Source: Camelus ferus
Lineage: Eukaryota
Assembly: GCF_009834535.1 (NCBI RefSeq)
Contig: NC_045696.1
Location: 36,768,001 to 36,832,000 of the forward strand
Reading direction: 5' to 3'
DNA length: 64,000 bases
Part shown: positions 63,556-64,000 of the stretch, one piece after another
How the letters are laid out: each line of letters opens with the position of its first letter
How positions within the stretch are numbered: the stretch's first letter is position 1
Translations under genes and position numbers: made by a program
Notes under the pieces: model-generated
Told to the model about the DNA's origin: nothing
Databases searched by the model: none
The model's input: only the letters and a program-made list of their open reading frames with translations

Positions 63556-64000
63556 ATCTGTCACACTTTTCATTAGAAATGGCAAAAAAAAAAAAAAAAT
63601 TAATGGAAATTTTCATTAAAGTCTGTTAAATTTTGTAATAAGCTAACAAGCTTAATATATCCATGTTTATATGCATACATGTCCACACACATACATGTCA
63701 TTGCATACTCTAGAAATTTGTAGGATTATTAGATTGATGATATACAACCTTATCTAGCTTGGGAAATCCTTGCTCTTGGATGACTCTAAAATGAGATGAG
63801 TTGTCAGAGTCCTGGATAATTTCATTACCAGAGAGTGGGAATTTGGAGAGTGAGCTCCGGATAATGCTGCAAGGCACATTGATTCTAAGATTGTGTGAAT
63901 GATAATACAAATTGTTTCAATAATGAAATAATGTTAGCTTTCATGAGGCTAGAGATAGTTATATAACATACAGAGAGCAGGTGTCTTCTAGAAGTAGCCA

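Noticed and set aside
220..63910. Remaining ORFs of the six-frame track (60-135 aa)
   Set aside because: Short, many start at TTG/GTG, are biased to F/L/I/K as expected from AT-rich DNA, mostly overlap repeats, and show no recognisable domains.

Overview
AT-rich, CpG-depleted mammalian genomic DNA with no recognisable host protein-coding gene, most likely a long intron or intergenic region. Three copies of a tRNA-Ala(AGC)-derived SINE with the 'aaacctaattactcccc' tail (Vic-1 type) point to a camelid genome. Much of the window is interspersed repeat recognised by eye: L1 fragments of several ages, L2, L3/CR1, MIR, MaLR (MLT1) LTRs including two LTR-internal-LTR remnants, ERV1 solo LTRs, an ERVL pol fossil with LTR16-type LTRs, and Tigger2- and Charlie-type DNA transposons. 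Only a few supplied ORFs match known proteins: broken L1 ORF2 pieces and an ERVL RNase H scrap. The rest look like chance ORFs. I see no evidence of a new multi-gene system. The best leads are a strong recursive-splice-site-like motif at 18565/18567, a poly(A)-tailed insert of unidentified sequence inside an L1MA9, an L1 with no 3' end or poly(A) but flanked by an 8-bp direct repeat, two perfect tandem duplications and a candidate 44-nt non-coding exon. Repeat subfamily names are from memory of consensus sequences and need RepeatMasker/Dfam confirmation. Boundaries without stated TSDs or TIRs are approximate.
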